From the NCBI RefSeq assembly GCF_009914755.1, contig NC_060927.1: a DNA stretch of 64,000 nucleotides. The stretch is one strand, 5' to 3'. The position numbers and the translations under genes are program-made. The notes below the pieces were generated by a model. It had not been told where the DNA came from. It made no database searches and saw only the letters and a list, made by a program, of their open reading frames with translations. Numbering within the stretch: position 1 is the stretch's first letter; every line of letters begins with the position of its first letter. This DNA is from the human T2T-CHM13v2.0 reference genome, Homo sapiens. Positions 55,051-64,000 of the stretch are shown piece after piece.

Positions 55051-55554
55051 CCCAAAGTTTGGAGACTAGCAGTCTCTATGACAAAGTCTAAACTCCTAAG
55101 TGTGAGGGACCCTCATGAGCTGACCCTTGCCTGGTTCCCTAGTCTCCTGGGCTGCCATGCCACCACACATACCAAGCACTTACCATTCAAAAGTGTTTGT
55201 GGCTCTTGGAATCCAACAGATTCGTGAACATTTTTGCATTTGCTAGCATTTCACTCTGCCCATAATTCTACCCCCAAACTTCTACTGCTGCATTTGTCTT
55301 ATAAACTATTAAACTTTCTTTGGACTCAGTTCATGTGTCCCCTCTTCTGAGAAACTATTTATATCCCCTAGACATATTTAGGTTCTCTTTTCTATTTCTA
55401 AGTGCTCATTATAGATCTAATTATGTCAATTATCCTATTATTTTGTAACTATTTATTGGTATGTCTTTTCATTAAACTGTGGCATTCTTAAGAAGAGATT
55501 GTTTTCTTGTATGTTTTTATATTTCCAAAACTGAACAGTTCTACAAATCCAAAC

Positions 55555-55690
55555 CCTTGAGTTTACACATGAGGACAACTAAGACCCAGAGGGATAACTT
55601 GCCCCAAATCACAAAGCCAGGAAGAGGCAGAGCCAGAAAGAGAATACAATTTGTTTTTCATGTTGTCCAGAACTCTTTTCACTACTCCAT
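55555..55690 (-). mobile_element. MIR fragment
   Basis: tttacacatgagga...aacttgccccaaatcaca...ggcagagccag. Confidence 0.65.
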
Positions 55691-56120
55691 ATGGTTGAGT
55701 GGGATGTATCGCAAGTGCACATACATGTTTTCTGAGTATCTGCATGTTCCTAAAACACAAACATAGGCAGAATGGAATATGTAATCACAAACCAGTCAAT
55801 ACTCAGGAGAAAATGGTGAAAACCTAACTGTGATTTTGTTCACCATCAGATAAACAGCTGTTACAATTTCTTACCCCATGCTTCCAAAAACATAGGAGAC
55901 TTTATGGACAAATTGATCTTTTTAGACACTGATCTTGCCACTTGGATATGCTATTTTCAAAGAATGGCACCAATAAGTGACATCTGATTAATTTTTAAAG
56001 CATAATTTCTCTTTTCACCATTACTGTTTTGAGCAACAAGAAGAATCCTGTGGAAATGTTTAAAGAATATATACCAACAACTACAATTTACCTAACTTTA
56101 CCTAACTCCAAAGCAAACTT

Positions 56121-56188
56121 AGGTCCATCATTCATTCATTAGGTCCATCATTCATTCATTAGGTCCATCATTCATTCATTCATTCATT
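56121..56188. repeat. 20-bp tandem repeat x3 ending in (CATT)n
   Basis: aggtccatcattcattcatt, three perfect copies. Confidence 0.97.
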
Positions 56189-57344
56189 TTCTCACAGAGC
56201 CTCAATAATACTATATCTCAAGCCATTTTCTCAAACCGAATATCTAATAGCTTTCTGGATATTTCTACATGGTGGATTGGCATGGTTTTGAAATAATCAT
56301 GCCCAGAGCTAAACTCATTTCCTTTTCTCAAATATAGTTTTCTCCTGTTTTTGTTTGGTATTTTGAATCACCATGGGTGGATCGCTGTATAATATATACC
56401 CAGATACTCAATTTTGAATAAAAGTGATGAATTACTGTATAATATGTGCCCAGATACTCAATTTTGCATAAAGGAAACCTCACCTCAGTTCAGGTCATCA
56501 TCAACTAGTTTCTTTTAACTGAGTGAATGTCTGTCTGAACAAATGAAACTAACCCATTTTGTTTCTACCTCCAATATAGACTTCCCTTCACAATAAGTTT
56601 TCTACTTCTAAAAGTGGCACCATTATTCTCTCAGATTATCAAGGAAATTTTTGAAATTAGTTTTCCTACCAGGATTAGACTTAAGCCCCAGTCCCTCCTA
56701 CACGTCCATATACATTGTCCCTCATACCTTTTTCTGATTGAATCTAATATCTTGCTGTGAATTCTGTCAGTGGTTTGCTCATCATGACTCAAAAGTATTG
56801 ACAAAGTCCCTCTGCCTATGTTATTTGATATGGAATCTTCTATCCCTTTTGACCGAGAAGCTACCTGTCTGGCTACCTCTTCTAATTATTCTGCTCATCA
56901 TTTGAGGGAGAAATTGCTAATGTGATTAGTCAGAGCTTAACCACATTTATGATGAGCATGGTTATTCTGTTCTAAAGATTAGTATGTATAAGAGGTATTT
57001 CTTTTTGTACTCATTTCTCCCACGTGATAAGTATACCCCCAAACAGGGCATGGATTTGAGGTAGGTCTGGCCAGGTATCTCTGTTCTTATGTTACCTCTT
57101 CCATGCTAACAAATAAGTGATGACTTAAGCTTTGGTCTACTCTGCAGACAGAGTCACTGCAAATAGAAGAAGGAATCAGTAATTTTGCTTTAAGTTATAT
57201 ATGTCAGTTCAGTTTAACAAAGATTCTGTATGTTGAATTTGAAGCACTGATTCAGCTATTATAGACACAATTTTTCACATTTGATGAAAAATGCTAACAT
57301 GAGTTTAAGAAGTTAAACAAAAACTCATTTAAGATAGCTCAAAG

Positions 57345-58210
57345 TAAAGCACGTCAAGGCATGTCATAATCAAATTTCTGAAATGCAATGATATAACAGA
57401 AAATCTTAAATAACCTAGGGAAAAAAACATTAAACATAAGGGTCCAATGATTCAAATAAGGGCTAAATTTTTATGTGAAACCATGGAGGTCAGGAGACAA
57501 GGGGATGACATTTTTAAAGTGCTAAAAGAAAAACTGTCAACCTATAATTTTATATGTAATGAAAATATTTCTCAGATCTGAAGGCAAAACAAAGTCATTT
57601 TCAGACAAATAAAGGATGAGAGATCTGTTGATAGTAGGTGAATATTAAAAGAAATGTTAAAGAACATTTTGTGGGGAGAAGAATAGATATAGTAGATGCA
57701 AATTTGGATCTACACAAAGAACTACTGAGATCTGCAAATGATAAGTGTGTGAATAAATACAGTTTTTAAAAATTTTTTAACTTTTAAAAAAGATAATTTA
57801 ACTTCTTAAAACAAAAATAACAATATATTGTGGCTTTAAATACATATGAAAGTAAATTGTGTGCAATGAAAGCACAGAAAAGGCGGGATAGGTAATGAAA
57901 CCATATTGTTGTAAAGTTTATATATTATATTTGAAGTGGCACCATATTATTTTAAGATATAATGTGATAAAGATACATATAAATTGTAGAGAAAACACAT
58001 ATACACACAACAAGCAAAGCAAAACAAAGAGTTGTGACTAATATACAAATGAAAAAGTGGAGGAGAATACTGAAAAATATTCAATTAACACAAAATAAAG
58101 CTGTAAAAGAAGGGAGATATCAAAGAACATATGCATACATAGAAAACCAGTAGCAAAATGGCAGGCTTAAACCAATCAGACCAACAATTGCATTAAATGT
58201 AAATAAACTA
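57345..58210 (+). mobile_element. Old L1M/L1ME: ORF1 C-terminus, spacer and first codons of ORF2
   Basis: gaaaccatggaggtcaggagacaaggggatgacatttttaaagtgctaaaagaa (ETMEVRRQGDDIFKVLKE); aattgcattaaatgtaaat. Confidence 0.8.
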
Positions 58211-59584
58211 GGGCCTCTTCTGTAATGACTGAGTAGTGCACAGAGGATGATGCCCTGTCACAGATAACAAATATAAGTTCTAGACACAATGCAAACCAAA
58301 CAAATAAACAATCAACAAGCAGTGATTGATGGCAACAAAGAGCTAACAACAAACGTAGCCAGATTCTGGAGGGAAGCAGACTCTTGGAAAAAGGCAACAG
58401 CACAAGATGAGTTACCAGGTCTTACACCTTTTATTCTGAGGGCTAGTGAAATTTGGCAACATGTGGGGATTAAATTTTTAATTGAAAAGTTTATAGTCTT
58501 TCTAATCTGAAGAACTATAGGTCAGAGTTTTTGGAAATCACAGCTGCATAAAAGAAGTGTGTATACTGATTAGGCGAGGAAGGGATGAGAGCCCTGATTC
58601 CTTTGTGTAAACTCAACCCAAATGTCTGACTTATCTTTGAAACATACATGTGTGGGACAGACTACAGCTAAGGATAAAAAACTGTGCTAAGAGTTGAGCT
58701 GCTAACAGGAAAAAGAGTTTGCAGTTTAAGACCAACTAGGAATTTCCAGAATCCAGAGTCTCCACAACATAACATTCAAATGTCCGAGATATAAATTACT
58801 CAATTTATGAGGTGCTGGAAAAGGTACTCATTAGTGTAATAAAATAGCAATCAAAGAAGACCAACACTGAGATGATCCAGTTCTTAGGATTAATGTGCAT
58901 GGATTTCAAAGCAGTATTATAATAATTAACCTCAAGGATGAAATAATGTATGCCCACAATAACTCAAAAGAAACGACAGCTCATCAGAGGAAAAAAATGT
59001 AAAAAACAACCAAATGGGAATTGTAAAGCCGAAAAATATAATACATTAAAACAATTTCACTGAGTGAGATGATCAGTAAGAAGGAAATGACAGAGAAAAG
59101 AGGCACTAAATTTGAAAAGAGATCAACAGACTTATACATTTTGAAGCCTAAAAAAAAAAAAATGTAAAGAACAGACCTTCTCAGACTATGGGGCGGCGGG
59201 GGGGGAAAAGACTGTCAGAAGTAAGAGAGAGTGAGAAGAGGACAGAGAAAATATTTGAGGAAATAATGGCTGAAAATACCCCAAATTTTGTAAAAGAAAA
59301 TAATTTACAGATCCAAAAACGTATCAAGCTTTTGGAGCATGAAAAGTACAAAGTACAAACTACAAAATATAATGTACAAAGCAGGAAAAGTACAAAATAT
59401 AATGACAAGAGACTATAATAGAGTCAAACTTCTAAAAACCTGAGATAAAAGGAAAAATCTTGAAGCAGCCAAAGAAAAATGACACCTTATAGAGCAAACA
59501 ATAAGTTAAAAAAAAAATGAAGGCAAGAGGCAGTAGGAAAACATCTTCAAAATACTTAAAAAAAAGTCTATCCCCAATTTAAAA

Positions 59585-59710
59585 TTTTTTTTTAGAGACG
59601 GGGTCACCTTATGTTGCCAAGGCTGGTTATGAATTCTTGGGCTCAAATCATCCTCCTGCCTCAGCCTCTCCAGTAGCGGGGACTACAGGTGTGTGCCACC
59701 ATAGCCAGCC
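59585..59710 (-). mobile_element. FLAM monomer
   Basis: tagagacggggtc...gggctcaa...tcctcctgcctcagcctc...gactacagg. Confidence 0.88.
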
Positions 59711-60335
59711 ACAAATTCTATGTCCAACAAAATGCTTTTCAAGAAACAATTAAAAAAACATATGTTCATCGAGGGGAAATAGAACTTACCCTCAGTATAG
59801 CTGCACTATAAGACATACTAAACGAAGCTCTTCATGAAGAAGTAAAATAATACAAAAGGAAAACTCAGGTTTTCAGAGAAGAATTATGATTATAAAAATG
59901 TTAAACATATGGATAAATAAAAAAGACTATTTTTATCTTAATTTTAAACAATACCTAGGACTGACTAAAGCAAAAATTATAACATTCTAGTGTATGTAAT
60001 GGATTTAGATGGAATGCGTAAGACAACTACAGTGTAAGGGAATTGGGAGAGGTAAATGAATCTATAATGTTGCAAGGTGTATAGATTTTTCAAGAACTAG
60101 TACAATATTTACTCTAGGTAAACTTTGAAAAGCCAAGGATACATCCTGAAATTCCTAGAACATCCAATAAAATTAATAAAAAGAGTTATAGCTAAAAAGG
60201 CAATAGGTAATTAAAATTACTTTCCAAAATATAAATAGGCTATATACTCTACTTACAGGACAGATTGTCAGGTGAAATAAAGATGGTAAACACAAAATTT
60301 TTCAGTGTGTGAGTTACACGTAAATATAAATAGTT

Positions 60336-61040
<705 letters not shown>

Positions 61041-61181
61041 AGTTAGGAGGAATAAATTCTGCAGATCTGTTGTACGAAATTGTGGCCATAGTTAATAATA
61101 AAGTATTTTATACTGAAAACTGCTAAGAAAGTATTTCTAAAATGTCCTCACCACAAAAACATAATAAGTATGTGAGTTGAT

Positions 61182-61923
<742 letters not shown>

Positions 61924-62042
61924 GTGATGGATATATGTTAATCAGCTTGATTTAATCATTCCACTGTATATATGGCAATAGATAATATATAAACATCATA
62001 TTGTGCCTTATAAATGTATACAATTATTTATCAATTGAAAAC

Positions 62043-62260
62043 AAATAAATAAAAAATTTTTAAATAAAATTAAATAAAAATTTATTTTTTTAAATAAATT
62101 TTTAAATAAAATTAAATAAAAAATTTATTTTTATTTTAAATAAAATTAATAAAAATTTATTTTTTATTTAATTTTAAATAAAATTAATAAAAATTTATTT
62201 TTTATTTAATTTTAAATAAAAAAATTTAATTTAATAAATATTTAAAATAAAAATTTAAAA
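62043..62260. repeat. Pure A/T tract with 38-bp tandem units
   Basis: 218 nt without G or C; ttttaaataaaattaataaaaatttattttttatttaa at 62134 and 62172. Confidence 0.95.
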
Positions 62261-63721
62261 GTACCATGCAAATACCAATTATAAGAAAGGTAGAGTGGCT
62301 ATATTAATATATCATGGAATGAAGATTTCTGGGAAATGAGTATTATCAGAAATAAAGAGGAATATTTAATAATAATTTAAAAAATGGTTCATAAAGAAGT
62401 CCTAACAATAATACATGCATATATACCTAATAGTATAGTTTCAAAATAATTGAAGCAAATATTGACAGACAGTAGAGAAACAGACAAATCTATAGTTACA
62501 GTAGGAGATTCTAAAACTAATCTCTCGGTAAATGACAGACCAACCTGAGAGAAAATCAGTAAGGATATAAACAACTTGAAAACTGTATCAACCAACTTGG
62601 TCGAATTGATATTTATGGAGCACTGCAGCTAACGGCCTGCAGAATTTGAATTCCTTTCAAATTCACACAAGACATTCTCTAGGACAGGACATATCCTGGG
62701 TCATTTAAAAGGTTTGAATTCCAAAGGTTGATATTATACTGAGCATGTTCTCATATCACTGTAGAATTAAAGAATCGATAAAACAGAAAAATAGAAAAGC
62801 CTCAAATATTTGAAAATTAAGTAACCCAGGTCTAAGCAATCTATGGGTTAAAGAAGAAATTACAAAGAAAACTACAAAATATTTTAATATGAAAGAAATG
62901 ATGAAAAATTGTGATTTGTGAAATGCAGTTAAAATAGTGCTTCGCAGGGAGTTTATAGCTCTATGTGCTTATTTTAGAAAAGAAGCAGGGTTAAAATCGA
63001 TGATCTAACTTTCTAACCTAAAAAGTTGAAAAAAAAATCAGATTCAAGCCAAGGAAAGTAGAACAATGAAAAAAATAAAGATAGGAGCATAAATTAATGA
63101 AATAAATTTCAGAGAAAGAAACCCAATGTGGCTCTTTGAAAAGATTACATTAAAATTGATTAACTCTCTCAGTATATTGATTATCAATATCAGGAATGAA
63201 AGTGCGGATGCTAGTGTAGATCTTACAAGTATTATAATGATAAAAAGAAATATTAGAGATGATTTGAGCCAGTAAGTTCAACAATTTTGATGAACAAATT
63301 CCTTGGGAGAAAAATAAAAAACTGATTTTTCAAAATAGAAAATTTAAATTGCCAAATATCTACTAACGAAATATAACTAGTAATTAAAAACAGTACCTAA
63401 AATATAATTAAAGCAATGGAGTAAAATGGACGTTTCAGAAAAAAACTTAACGTTTTTCATGAAATAAGTTTCAACTAAGCCTCCAAATTGAAATGATGGG
63501 AAAAAGGAGCATCTTTCAACAAATGGTGGTGGGACAACTGGATAGCCACATGGGGGAGAAACCTTGCCTCATCTCTCTCCCCATATACATAATTTAACTT
63601 AAGATGGATCTCAGAACTAAAAATAAAAGCTAAAACTATATAGCTTCCAGAAGAAAAAAATTGAATATCTTCAATACCTTGAGATACACAAATATTTCTT
63701 AGGATATAAAAAGCAAAATCC

Positions 63722-63856
63722 AGCTGGGCACAGTGACTCACGGCTGTAATGTCAACACTTTGGGAGGCCGAGGAGGGCGGATCACGAGGTCAGGAGATTG
63801 AGACCATCCTGGCCAATATGGTGAAACCCCGTCTCCACTAAAAATACAAAATTAGC
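63722..63856 (+). mobile_element. AluSc-like left monomer, interrupted at the linker
   Basis: ggatcacgaggtcaggagattgagaccatcctggccaa...aaaaatacaaaattagc. Confidence 0.88.
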
Positions 63857-64000
63857 GGCCGGGCGCGGTGGCTCACGCCTGTAATCCCAGCACTTTGGGA
63901 GGCCGAGGCGGGCGGATCACGAGGTCAGGAGATCGAGACCATCCTGGCTAACACGGTGAAACCCCGTCTCTACTAAAAATACAAAAAATTAGCCGGGCGT
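63857..64000 (+). mobile_element. Young AluY (runs off the right edge)
   Basis: 144 nt matching recalled AluY consensus, CpGs intact, A and B boxes intact. Confidence 0.97.

Larger units (their letters stand above)
54161..55071. mobile_element. hAT-Charlie MITE (MER112/Charlie4-like) hosting the MLT2 LTR, itself within L2 remnants
   Basis: gaaaaaagcattagaatttt...tatgttttataatgtac on the left, aaagtttggagacta on the right. Confidence 0.55.

Noticed and set aside
56121-56472. Short direct repeats as a CRISPR-like array
   Set aside because: Head-to-tail or only two copies, no unique spacers series, no cas genes, eukaryotic context

Overview
AT-rich primate (human-like) genomic DNA, intergenic or deep intronic. 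I found no recognisable host protein-coding exon, RNA gene or CRISPR array. Much of the window is transposable-element fossils: an ERV1 (MER4-group-like) internal fragment with a collapsed env remnant at the left edge, a decayed full-length L1PA-type element (38911-45696) carrying a THE1B solo LTR, an internally deleted 'mini-L1' with both ends and a likely TSD (11499-12130), old L1MA/MC/ME, L2, MIR, MaLR/ERVL LTRs, Tigger/Charlie MITEs and about 14 Alu/FLAM copies, including a consensus-identical AluY at the right edge. Most ORFs in the supplied track are repeat-derived or chance ORFs. Repeat-poor unique stretches contain candidate regulatory DNA (33.8-34.3 kb) and two speculative pairs of spliced exons (minus strand 32918-33932; plus strand 50340-51518). 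Repeat subfamily names come from recalled consensus features, not a database search, and boundaries of old repeats are approximate. I see no convincing evidence of a novel biological system; the best leads are the mini-L1 and the candidate spliced transcripts.
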